A stretch of DNA of 64,000 nt from Eledone cirrhosa (GCA_964016885.1 OZ024742.1:183024001-183088000); one strand, 5' to 3'. Positions 13,728 to 26,124 are shown, counted from the stretch's first letter. The notes: generated by a model from the sequence alone, not told the origin. Program-made: numbers and translations.

Positions 13728-14975
13728 AGTGCATGTGTGGACGTGATATATCTTGACGTTGCGAAGACCTTGGACAAGGTCGACCACGGAATGATATGTC
13801 ACAAACTATACTGACTCGGCATAACGGGAAAAGTAGGTGAGTGGCTGCATGACTTCTTAAAGGACAGAAGCCAGACAGTTGCAGCAAACGGGGCGGGGGC
13901 CCTCTCAAAGGAAACATCAATAACAAGTGGGTACCCCAAGGCACAGTCCTGGGGCCACTACTGTTTTTGATGGCTCTCTCAGACATGCCCTCTGTAGTAC
14001 ATACAACATCCCTCATTAGCTATACTAATGACACTAAGGTAGCACAGGCAATCAAAAACCCGGCTGACGCTGCCCTTTTACAAGATCTGGATGCCATATA
14101 CAAATGGGCGGAAGACAACATGCACTTTAAAGCTGGCAAATTTCAAGCCCTACAATACAAACCTGAAAACACAACTACAATACAACACAATTACACTGGT
14201 CCAGGAGGGACCGAAATTCCCGTGTCGAATTCGATACGAAACCTGGGTATAGACATGAGCGACGATGCATCTTTTTCCTCACACATCATGAAAGTGGCGA
14301 CAATGTGCAGACGACTCGCTGACTGGATCTTGAGGACTTTCCGGACAAGAGACCGAGAGACCAAGTTGACACTATGGAGGACATTTGTCCAGCTGTGGTC
14401 ACCCCATAGTGTGAAACTAACTACGGAGCTTGAGGCAATCCAGCGAAGCTACTCCAAGAGGATTGCGACGATGAAGGACATAAGCTACTGGGCGAGGCTA
14501 AAAGAACTGAACCTCTACTCCTTGGAACGAAGATGGGAGAGATACGCAGTGATATACATGTGGAAAATCCTGGAGGGACTAGCACCAAACTTTGGCATTG
14601 GGAGCTGGACCAACCCCCGAACAGGACGTCAGTGTGGTGCCAAAGGTCTCGTCTTCCACATCTAGAATAAGGAGTAGATATTGCAATAGCCTGGGGTTCA
14701 AGGCTCCTCAACTCTTCAACAAGCTGCCGAGGAATCTGAGAGATCTGCATGATGTGGAGGTGGATGTTTTCAAGAAACATCTCGACACCTTGCTATCCAG
14801 GATCCCGGATGAGCCCACAGCAAGGCAGGAGGGAAACCTATGGGAAGCAGCAACGAACTCCTTCTTGCACCAGTGGCCAAACAATACAGTCTGGAGATGA
14901 AATGTGTAACAACAAGGGCGGTGCCCCAGCATGGCCTCAGCCGGATGGTTGGACCAGGTAAAAGAGTAAAAGAGT
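13728..14975 (+). mobile_element. 5'-truncated CR1/L2-group LINE; RT pseudogene
   Basis: PQGTVLGPLLF, SYTNDTK (degenerate YADD), LYSLERRWERY; frameshifts; AAAAGAGT duplicated tail. Confidence 0.88.
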
Positions 14976-15374
14976 ATATATATATATATAAATTTTAGTA
15001 CAGCATTAACGAAGCTTTAGAACACGGCCAAGCTAACGAATGCAAAATCGGTCTGTAGCTTTAGCACTCGAATGGGGAAAAGAACCCCAGAGTAATAACA
15101 ATACGTTCAGACAGCTTAGCAAATCAGATATAGCGGTCGGCAGTCCAGCCGCATCACTAGAGCATCGAAAATACAGGACCCAGGAAAAGATTTTAGACTG
15201 ACCTGGACAAAGCGATGAGGCTGAATGCAAAATATATAATGTACATCGTATATCACACAATATACATCACATACAGCACCCAACATCAGCGCTAAGTTAC
15301 TGCAAATCCAAGATCGACAAATTCCGATTGCAGGAGTCTGCAATATAATGGTTTATACACATACATACACAAAT

Positions 15375-15526
<152 letters not shown>

Positions 15527-15949
15527 GCACATACATATGCACACATCCACACACATATATATATATATATATAGACAAAATATATATAAAAGTAAAAATA
15601 AATGTGTTAAGTGGTTCCGAAGAGAAAGCAAAGGAAAAAACGAGTGATCTATGTATAGAACAGAGCTGTAAAAAAGTTTTTTGTTGTTGAAAGTATGTGA
15701 TGAAAGTCCAAGGTGGTAAAATAAGAACGTTCAGGAAAAGATGAAGTCAAGAAGTGAATAATATGTAAAATAAGTGTTGAATATATAAAGAAAGAGAGAT
15801 TATTCAAGGTAAAAGTAAGGGAAAAGAAGAAATGAATAAAATAGGTCTAATATAAAATAAGGGCTTAATATAAGTGTTGAATGTGTGATAAAGGTCCATA
15901 TTGTCTAAAGTAAGAAAGAGTGTTCAAGGTGTAATATATGAAAAGTGTT

Positions 15950-16126
15950 GAACCCGGGTTCAATCGGGGGTAACCGCAGTAAGTAAGGTACTCAATATAA
16001 AGCAGAGTGTAAATATTTAATATAGCAATGGCTTCTACAGGACTAGAACTGTTTCATTCGGGAGAAATCATCAGGAAGCCGACTTCCCAAGTAATGTGGT
16101 GGTATTTATAAATACCACCACATTAC

Positions 16127-16130
<4 letters not shown>
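15950..16130 (-). mobile_element. Family-2 short element
   Basis: Homologous to 11990; adjacent palindrome GTAATGTGGTGGTATTTATAAATACCACCACATTAC. Confidence 0.8.
16030..16080 (-). ncRNA. Type I HHR (family 2), intact
   Basis: Minus: GGCTTC CTGATGA tTTC tccc GAAt GAAA CAG ttctagtc CTG TA GAAGCC; 6-bp stem I, GUA site. Confidence 0.85.
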
Positions 16131-16189
<59 letters not shown>

Positions 16190-16198
<9 letters not shown>

Positions 16199-16331
16199 TT
16201 AAAATAAAAGATTAAAGTTTAAGCAAAGAATCGCTGCTTTCGCCCTGCTCTATGGTTCTTATATATTTGATATATATTTTCCTTATCGAGCCCTCTTTGG
16301 ATTTTAGTCTTCAATTTTATTATTATTACTA
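16190..16331. mobile_element. Rearranged (part-inverted) pLTR end of the 55241-58960 PLE family
   Basis: First half matches 56185-56240; second half is the reverse complement of 56099-56180. Confidence 0.8.
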
Positions 16332-16347
16332 TATATATATATATATA

Positions 16348-16402
16348 TTCTTTTACCTGTTTCAGCCATCCGGCTGAGGCCATGCTGGGGCACCGCCCTT
16401 GA
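16348..16402 (-). mobile_element. CR1/L2-like LINE 3' tail fragment
   Basis: Reverse complement of 14912-14967. Confidence 0.8.
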
Positions 16403-16760
16403 CATATATATATATATATATGAATGAATGAATGAAAAATGGCGTGCTGTGTTGTTGCAAATGTGATATACAAATTAAAATGAAGAATTAGAAATAGAAG
16501 CCAGGTGGAGAAAGAGAGACAGGTAAACAAACACGAATGGTGAGGCAACGTAAATGATTCATTTGAACATAAGAACTTGCGAATATTGACGAGAAGACGA
16601 AAGACACATTCAAATGAATCATTGACTTCATTTTCGCATGTTTTCCTCTCTTTACGTTGCCTCACCATTCGTGTTTGTTTATCTGTCTCTCTTTCTCTCT
16701 TTCTCTCTTTCTCCACCCAATTCTTTTTATCCCAATAACTTATTTTAGTTATTGTTCGCG

Positions 16761-16825
16761 CTAGCCTGAGGTATCTGATTTTTAATGCAAAGAAATACCC
16801 ATGATGGCTAGTAGACCACTGATGA
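16761..16825 (+). ncRNA. Candidate permuted HHR with K-turn, copy A
   Basis: CTAGCC tGA GGTAT C TGATTT..GAAATACC cat GAt GGCTAG t AGACCA CTGATGA. Confidence 0.55.
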
Positions 16826-17337
16826 TAGAGAGTCGTGGCTTCTATTTCTAATTCTTCATTTTAATTTGTATATCACAATTGCAACAAGACAGCACGACAT
16901 TTTTCATTTATATATACTTTCCCCTTCGCTGTGACCTATCTTTTTCTCTTCCCTTACTGCTATCCTCTTTCTCTCTCTCCCTTCTCTCTCCTTCTCCCTC
17001 TTACTTTCATTCACCCCCTCTGCTAGTCACCCTCTCCCGGCTAGCCTCTTCCTCACACTTTCACTCACTCACTCTCTGCTACTCACCCTCTCTCTCACTT
17101 CCTCCATCGTCCCACACCGTGCGAAATTCTTTCCTCGCTTACTTTTCGCACGGTTAAGATGTGTCTTTCGTCTTCTCGTCAATATTCGCAAGTTCTTATG
17201 TTCAAATGAATCATTGACTTCATTTTCTCATTTTTTTTCTCTCTTTACTTTGCCTCACCATTCGTGTTTGTTTACCTGTCTCTCTTTCTCCACCCAATTC
17301 TTTTTATCCCAATAACTTATTTTAGTTATTGTTCGCG

Positions 17338-17402
17338 CTAGTCTGAGGTATATGGTCTTTAATGCGAAGAAATACCTATGATGGCTGGTAGACCACTAAT
17401 GA
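17338..17402 (+). ncRNA. Candidate permuted HHR with K-turn, copy B (core G5A)
   Basis: CTAGTC tGA GGTAT A TGGTCT..GAAATACC tat GAt GGCTGG t AGACCA CTAATGA. Confidence 0.5.
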
Positions 17403-17443
17403 TGGATAGTTCTAGGTTCTATTTCTAATTTTTCATTTTAATT

Positions 17444-17469
<26 letters not shown>

Positions 17470-17492
<23 letters not shown>

Positions 17493-17680
17493 CGAAGAAG
17501 TTGTGGTAAGGAACCAGATGGACCATAACTCACCAGAGTACTCAATACTTAGGGTTGTAGAGTGGGTAATAGGAAAATGTATGACCCCGACGGCAGAGCT
17601 CAAGCCGTTTCGATGGCTTTTTCTGGACTGAAATAGCCGTCGAACTGGCTTGAGATCTGCGGTCGGGGTCATACATTTTC

Positions 17681-17682
<2 letters not shown>
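17470..17682 (-). mobile_element. Family-1 fold-back element
   Basis: Homologous to 226-415. Confidence 0.85.
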
Positions 17683-17749
<67 letters not shown>

Positions 17750-17838
17750 TACATATATGCACACATATATAAATAAAACTTCACACACACACATGGATAC
17801 GCATATACATAAAAACAAATAAAAAATTAAAAATAATT

Positions 17839-18330
17839 TTAGTCAGGCTCCTTAACTCTATAGTAAAAAGAGTAAAATGTTTTATGATGACAAAAAGGAA
17901 TAATCTCATTTTTAGTATTTAATAAGATTAAGGTGGAAGTTAAAACTTCAAACGCCTCGGTTAAACAACGATTACATTTGATTCTATTTCCCCCATATTT
18001 CGTTGCGGTGTTAATTAGAGACCATTTAATATTATAATTAACCTTATCATCCTTAAGGGACCATATTAATTTTGCCAGAGAAGTAGTGTTTTTCAGCTTT
18101 TTATTTTTGAAAGTATGGATATGGGCATAAAATCCAGTCTTCAATTTACTGGCAGTAGCACCTATATAATTAAAGCAACTATCACTAGTAGAAACATCAC
18201 ATCAATAAATAACACATTTACCTCCCAATGGGCAATTGATAGGAATTCTACAATTATACTTAATCACTAAAGGTCGACTATTGTTATTGTGAATACCTCT
18301 ATTATGGTCACTACCAGCAAGGGTATTAGT
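17839..18330 (-). pseudogene. PLE GIY-YIG endonuclease C-terminal fragment
   Basis: NCRIPINCPLGGKCVIY..YIGAT..H..F..TSLAKLIWSLK..IKW..CNRCLTE..LLN; internal stop. Confidence 0.8.
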
Positions 18331-18670
18331 GGTACACCTAGTTTTATCAAGACCAATAAACTCATTATATATTCTAGAAGCCCTTATGGATGTGGGTGTA
18401 TTTGTAAATATATATTATATATATGATTGTGGGTGTATATGTATGTGTGCGCGTGTGTATGTGTGCGTATGTATATGTATGTGTACATTTACTTGTATAC
18501 TTTACTTTAATTTGGTCATCTTTTTATTATTTATATGTATGTATGAATGTATATATTTATTTATTTATGTTTGGAAGTATGTGTGCACTTATATGTGCGG
18601 ATCTATTTATTTTGTTATCTATTTTCTACATTTATTTGTGTGTATATTTGTGTCTTTAAATTTGTGCGTG

Positions 18671-18702
<32 letters not shown>

Positions 18703-18745
18703 CGTGTGTGTGGGGGGGGGGGGGTGTAGATGTATGCAGATATAA

Positions 18746-18787
<42 letters not shown>

Positions 18788-19128
18788 GGGTGTACGTATA
18801 TTTATTTGTATTGTTATGTATTCATGTCTTTAAGTCTATATTTCTTCCTTCTTTTCTTTCAGAATACTTTTTATCAACTTTTATTAAATTTTGTATTTTT
18901 CTTTTTTTTATTAATAATATATATATATATATATATATATTATAATTTTAATTCGCTTCTCTAGTAATGTGCCATACTAGTTTAACGTTATTCTATAGCT
19001 ATGCATTCTAAACTTTCTATGCTATATGACGTAACTTCGTATATATTTTTTTTAAATGTAAACAAATCTCTGGCTGCTGGATGGAATGTATTATGATGAG
19101 ATTGTAACGAGGTTTATGTATTAAATTT

Positions 19129-19174
19129 CTGATTTTGAAAAGTCCCAGGAGGGGATGAAACGTTCGTTAATCAG
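19129..19174 (+). ncRNA. Type I HHR, U3-A8 variant
   Basis: CTGATT TTGAAAA GTCCC aggag GGGAT GAAA CG tt CG TT AATCAG; perfect 6-bp stem I. Confidence 0.7.
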
Positions 19175-19349
19175 TATTTAACGTATTAATGTATTTGGTG
19201 TCTTTTTTAATGAATAATTTGCCTCTAGTGCAATCGTTGTGTTTGCACATTAGATCTTTTGGGGGAAAATTCTTTCAGAAGGATGTGACATAGATTTTGT
19301 TTGGCTTATTATGATGAATTACTCTATGTTGAGCTGTGTGTAACATATT

Positions 19350-19651
19350 CACCTACCGGTTTCGATGTATCAGTGAAATCCATCTTATCAAATGTTGTGT
19401 ATTACAATTAAAAAGAATTAAAAAGAATTAAAAATTAAAAATTTAAAGTTAAGTGTTGAGGCAGGTTTGTTCATCTTTCTTCTTGGGAAGAAGACTAAAT
19501 CTAAGTCTTCTTCTCAAGAAGAAAGATGAACAAACCTGCCTCAACACTTAACTTTAAATCTTTAGTTTTCAATTCTTTTTAATTCTGTTTAATTGTAATA
19601 CTCAACATTTGATAAAATGGATTTCGCTTATACATCGAAACCGGTTATATT
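19350..19651. mobile_element. About 290-bp imperfect palindrome with an HHR motif at each end
   Basis: Arms 19355-19496 and 19504-19645. Confidence 0.85.
19604..19651 (+). ncRNA. Type I HHR, U3-A8 variant (mirror copy 19350-19396 on minus)
   Basis: AACAT TTGATAA aATG..CATc GAAA CCGG TT ATATT; the mirror copy has a perfect GATG/CATC stem II but no stem I. Confidence 0.6.
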
Positions 19652-19838
19652 TTAAATATTCTATATATATTATATAACTCTTTTTTTTAAAGAATTGTTC
19701 CTCTCATTTTTTCAATAATGTCACTTTGACGAATCAAAGAAGAAAAAAAGAAAAACAGATCCTTAAATATATTTTCCCTGCTATTTCCAATTCCCCTGTT
19801 TCTCTCTCTCCATCTCTCTCTATAAATATATATCTATG

Positions 19839-19932
<94 letters not shown>

Positions 19933-19936
<4 letters not shown>

Positions 19937-20340
19937 GCCTTTTTGTTCAACATTGACACAGGAACGATGTACTAGTTTCAAGCTTATTAGCTATCGATAT
20001 GCAAATTAGGCTGCTCAGCCGTCAATATGCATAAGGAAAGTATATACTTTCAAACGTTCAATCATCTGACAGGAAGGTATACGATGCTGACGATAGCTAA
20101 TAAGCTTGAAACTAGTACATCGTTCCTGTGTCACTGTTGAACAAAAAGGCGACGATGGTTGCCGAACACAGTACGACATAATACGGGATGTTTGTTTACA
20201 AACGAACCGAACATTATAATAAATGTTCGGTAAACCCATACGTACATATATATATGTGTGCATGTATGTATATATATACATACTACTGTACGTCTGTATA
20301 CATATATGTATATACGTATACATACTTATATTTAAGTATC
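19933..20340 (+). mobile_element. Family-5 fold-back element
   Basis: 19933-19997 inverted against 20091-20153; homologous to 59150-59510. Confidence 0.8.
20081..20123 (+). ncRNA. Minimal type I HHR, intact
   Basis: ACGATG CTGACGA tAGCT aata AGCTt GAAA CTAG TA CATCGT. Confidence 0.9.
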
Positions 20341-20414
20341 AGCCGTACTAAGAGTGAGAAATGAAATTTCGTTTAATTCTTTTCCATATATATATATATA
20401 TATATATATATTGT

Positions 20415-20720
20415 CAGGTCAGGCTTCTATCTGGTATTGGTCCCCAGTACAACCTGCTTCATGATCGAGTGGTCGGTGACTAAACTGGCTCCCGCACGAG
20501 ACCTTGGTCTGGTGAGGAGGGTAAGTGAAACCCTAGCAGATTAAAAACAAAGAACTGTTAAAATGGTGGACGAACTCCTCAGAGCCAACGGCCATCCACC
20601 CCGACTATGGGTTAAATAGCCTGACCAACCCGCAGTGATATGACGAAAAGCAAATAGAAAATGGTGGTCAACCAGTGAGGTCCTCCAACAGGAGTGAGAA
20701 GGCCCTGGATTGGATTGGAT
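20415..20720 (+). mobile_element. Short element resembling an RTE 5'-UTR-derived non-autonomous repeat
   Basis: GACTAAACTGG..TGGTGAGGAGGGT..CCCT shared with 42637 and 61157; (GGATT)n tail. Confidence 0.5.
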
Positions 20721-20728
20721 ATATATAT

Positions 20729-21028
<300 letters not shown>

Positions 21029-21059
21029 ACACGGGTGTGTATGATTGTGTATAGAAGAT

Positions 21060-21384
21060 TATATTAATAAAAGGAATTCCAACTTTGTCTGATTTACTCG
21101 TTTTATTTACAATCCTTTAAAATTTATAATGGTATTATAATGAAATAGTATGATAGAATATTAAATGTTAAGTGTTAATTGAACAAGTACTTTCATGCTT
21201 TCGCAATCTTCAGGTTCATAATGTGTGGTGACAGTCAAGTTTGCAATTTTAAACTGTCTCACAGTTGAAAATTAACACTTAACATTTAATATTCTATCAT
21301 ACTATTTCATTATAATACCATTATAAATTTTAAAGGATTGTAAATAAAACGAGTAAATCAGACAAAGTTGGAATTCCTTTTATT

Positions 21385-21390
<6 letters not shown>
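21060..21390 (-). mobile_element. Fold-back element with about 120-bp inverted arms
   Basis: 21060-21180 is the reverse complement of 21270-21390. Confidence 0.9.
21180..21218 (-). ncRNA. Minimal type I HHR, intact
   Basis: Minus: TGAAC CTGAAGA tTGC gaaa GCAt GAAA GTAC TT GTTCA. Confidence 0.88.
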
Positions 21391-21423
<33 letters not shown>

Positions 21424-21586
21424 TAGAATTGGTTTCTGAAATAGCGATATATATGTATATGAATGTATATATAGTGTATTTTGCAATATACTGTATGCTT
21501 AATTAAAAGCATTTTGAAGACCATACGCTATTGTTTTAAAGTAGCGACAATGTCGCTTACTTAAATTTTCAGTAAACAAGGGGAGA

Positions 21587-21635
21587 TAAGCTGACAGAGC
21601 TCTGTTTCGTACTTGTTGGTACTTATCAAAGCTCA
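21587..21635 (-). ncRNA. Type I HHR, U3-A8 variant
   Basis: Mirror copy of 21805-21853. Confidence 0.8.
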
Positions 21636-21804
21636 CTACTCTCCTTGTTATATATATATATATATATTCATATATATATCGCTATTTCAGAACACCAATT
21701 CTAATTTTCAATTTCGGCGACCACTCTGTATAATCAGTTCCTGATTATTACTGGAATTCTATAAAAATCCAACACACATGATTTTCAGCAAACAGGGAGA
21801 GTAG

Positions 21805-21853
21805 TGAGCTTTGATAAGTACCAAAAAGTACGAAACAGAGCTCTGTCAGCTTA
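21805..21853 (+). ncRNA. Type I HHR, U3-A8 variant
   Basis: TGAGCT TTGATAA GTAC caaaaa GTAC GAAA CAG agct CTG TC AGCTTA; GUC site. Confidence 0.82.
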
Positions 21854-21979
21854 TCTCCCCTTGTTTGCTGAAAATGTAAGTAAGCAACATTGTCGCTACT
21901 TTAAAACAGTAGCGTATGGTCTTCAAAATGCTTTTAATTAAGCATACAGTGTATTGCAAAATACACTGTATATACATTC

Positions 21980-22014
<35 letters not shown>

Positions 22015-22015
<1 letters not shown>

Positions 22016-22245
22016 GAAAAGAGTTAGGACCCTAACGACTGAGCTTCGGCCGTTTCGACAGCTAGATCCGAACTAAGCCAGAAGTATTAGAACGGCGGCT
22101 TAGTTCGAATCTAGCTGTCGAAATGGCCGGAGCTTAGCCGTCGGAATCCTGACTCTTTTCCAATTACCCCCTATACTACCCTAAGTATCGAGTACTCTAG
22201 TGCGTTATGGTCCACCTGGTGTCTTACCACACCTTCTTTGTTTTA
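22015..22245 (+). mobile_element. Family-1 fold-back element, opposite orientation
   Basis: Hairpin 22015-22162 followed by the reverse complement of the family-1 body. Confidence 0.8.
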
Positions 22246-22761
22246 TATATATATATATAGTTAAAATTTAGACGGGAACAAAAGCAGAGAGGCAGTACAA
22301 ATAAGAGTTTATTAGGTTCACGCTTTTGAGAGTGGGGGTATATATATATATATATATATATATAAAGAGAGAGAGAGAGAGAGGGGGGAGAGGGAGAGGG
22401 AAAGAGAGAGACGGACAGACGGACAGACAGACAGAAAATTACATTACTGATATATTTGGACATCTCAATGAAAAGAATAATAGAAAACCATTTAAAACAG
22501 TTTATCCGATGCCAAAACATCCATTAGGAGAAATGCAATCTAGACAAGCTAATATTATAGTGTTTCGTCCGTATTTTCTCCCTGGTGACAGTGGAACCTA
22601 GTGTAAATGAGCATTGCTACCTGTTGTATCTATACAGTGAAACATAGAGTGTCTATGCTATAATTTCAATAAATATCATAATAAAATACATTTCTCTATA
22701 CGTACCCGATCTCTCGGACTTCTATGAAACGCTGAGAGGATAAAGTTAATTTAACGAGCGT

Positions 22762-22965
22762 GGAGATGCTATAATATAGCTTATAAAATAAAGAGGAGAT
22801 CCTTAAAGACGAAAAAAGAAGTTACCATCAACCACTACGTGGAAACGAAATTCGTATCTCCTGGATACCGGCTAGGCGCTTTAAACCATTAAGCAGCCGG
22901 TGGCAACTTCTTTTCCGTCTATGAAGGTTTTCACCCTATTTCATTACATATTTTATAGCATCTCC
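22762..22965 (-). other. Degenerate tRNA-like sequence nested in inverted repeats
   Basis: GGAGATGCTATAA/TTATAGCATCTCC and 22801-22827/22901-22927 arms around a roughly 74-nt tRNA-like core. Confidence 0.5.
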
Positions 22966-23561
22966 GCCCATGAGCACACCACTCTTTATATCATCGTTTC
23001 TCTATATCTAAAAAATATATATTTGGTATTGATAAAACATCTTCGCATAAAAAAATATATTCTGTAAAAATATTTACCATAATAATATAATAACATTCGA
23101 GTTTCGTTGATTAAGAAATACATACAACAACAAAATTCTTATCTACTTCTTAAGATATATTCTTTATTTCTCCTATTGAGCAGATATTAAATACAAAAAA
23201 ATGTGTTGAATACAAATAGATATATTGTTACTAGTATATATTAACACAAATGGAATATATTTCAAGCATGGAAGAAAAGAACTCTAATTTAGAATATAGA
23301 GAAATACTAGGCATTTAAAACTATTTTTCCTATTCATCGACATACGTCATACATAGGCTGAACATTTTTAATACGTGATGCGCTGTCAATTTTGACGGCA
23401 CGGGCTCACTATGGCGACTATATTTACGGCATTTGTATATCGTCGTATCCCTTATTTGTCTGGGCCTGTACTTGAGCATCTCCAGTAGATGTTTTATACT
23501 TAAAATGTATCTAAGCTATAGCTTATTCTTCTCTCAATAGCGAGTGAGAATTCATATTCAC

Positions 23562-23595
<34 letters not shown>

Positions 23596-23614
23596 CGTGT
23601 ATATATATATATAA

Positions 23615-23762
23615 ATATGAGAAAAATGGAGTGCTGCGTGGTTGCACATGGGTTACATATGAATAAAATTAGTCCTTCATCAGTGATCTTCCAACTTTCA
23701 TTGGTATTTCATCGCTTTGAAAATCATATACCTCTAGTTGGCGCGAGCAATAACAAATAAAG
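23615..23762 (-). mobile_element. TA-flanked member of the permuted-HHR family
   Basis: Diverged homologue of 16745-16905. Confidence 0.7.
23677..23741 (-). ncRNA. Candidate permuted HHR with K-turn, copy C (intact core)
   Basis: Minus: CCAACT aGA GGTAT A TGATTTT caaagcgat GAAATACC aat GAa AGTTGG AAGATCA CTGATGA. Confidence 0.62.
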
Positions 23763-23808
<46 letters not shown>

Positions 23809-24217
23809 ACCAGGCTAAAGTCTCCCAGGTTGGCCACAACTTACTTTCCCTATTTTTCTACAGTTACTTTTTTGCATATTTCTTTCACCTGTGTCTTCTC
23901 ACGATGGGACCTGTACACTTTTTTTTCTTCTATTCCTATGTTTTCCTCTTCTTCCTCTCTCCTCATCTTTTCCCCTCCTGCTCTTCCTCCTTTCCTTCTC
24001 TTTCCTTTTCTCTCTCCTTTTTTTCTCTCTTTCTCTCTCTTTTTCCACCTGGCCTTTTGATTAATAAAAGGCCTCGGGCGCACCGGAACTACACCGATGT
24101 CTTGTAATTCAGCGCCGATGGAAACTCCTTTCTTCCTTTCTCCTCCTGTTCCGTCCTAACCACCATCCTAAACCCTTGTTTTTAGTAACCGCACAGCTCC
24201 TTTCGTTTCATAACTTT

Positions 24218-24411
<194 letters not shown>

Positions 24412-24454
24412 GGAATACTGTTTGCTTTTCGCTACAATGTTTTCTCTACCTTTC

Positions 24455-24517
<63 letters not shown>

Positions 24518-24985
24518 GAATGAGTGAGGGGGTGGGGAAATATGAGTAAAATAACAGAATTTATACATTTGAATGCCTCGCAACGAAAGGAGGAATTAGA
24601 TTTTTAAATTATGAAACGCCTTTTAAGGAACAAAAGACGTTAGCTATAGACAAGTAAGTGTGTTTTAAGAAAATACCTTTCAACTGATACATTTGACCTA
24701 TGATTAAATATATGTCACAGTTGGAAGATCAGATACTCAATATATTTGTATTTTTTAAGCATCAAAACTACAATGCTGTACACATGTTTTACTGAACATG
24801 TGAGAGTGTTTGACGAAGTAAAGCACTTAAAGATGATTGAATATCTGTCATTGCTTCGAATACACGCTAAGAATTTAGCTGTAAGAACTGAATAGAATTA
24901 TAAGAAAATATTTCAAATTATAAAGAGAGTGCCACAAATCTCTGTTCTCTCATCTCATTTTTTCTTCCTTTTATAATTTGTAATA

Positions 24986-25607
<622 letters not shown>

Positions 25608-26124
25608 CATCTGATAGATATTTTGAGAAGTACATGAAAGGAACATTAAAAGATTGGGTAAACATTAATAACTTTAGGTATATACTGGATCTACAAAAAT
25701 CTTACAACTGAAGTAAAAGTACAAAAAAAGTGCATAGAATGAAAATGGAATGAAAACATAACTAGATCAATAATAATTGTAATGATGGAATAGAAATAAT
25801 GTCAAGGATGAACAACAGCATCAGAGGGAGATCGATAATAACGTGTTATAATAGATGAAATAAGGCATAATGAAATTAGATGAATTCGGATGAATAACGA
25901 TAATAATACAGTAGAATTTCAAAGATACTGTAGAGAGAAGTGACACAAATAAAGTAGTTTGGACGATACATAGACAATAAATTAGATCTTTAGGGACCGA
26001 AAAGAATGAAATGAAATTTACAGTTCACACCTATACAGGTTTAGCAAGTCTCCTAAAATTGCAAACCATGGGAGGTTTCTAGAGGTTTTTAATGATAGGA
26101 ACTCTAATCCTCTCATGAAAAACA

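Larger units (their letters stand above)
16425..17445 (+). mobile_element. Composite element: inverted deleted copy plus about 1.5 tandem units, permuted-HHR family
   Basis: 16610-16870 repeats at 17200-17445; 16425-16610 is an inverted, internally deleted copy. Confidence 0.8.
21423..21980. mobile_element. Retrozyme-like element: about 310-bp unit plus inverted, permuted partial copy
   Basis: 21458-21648 is the reverse complement of 21791-21980; 21423-21450 is the reverse complement of 21673-21705. Confidence 0.8.
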
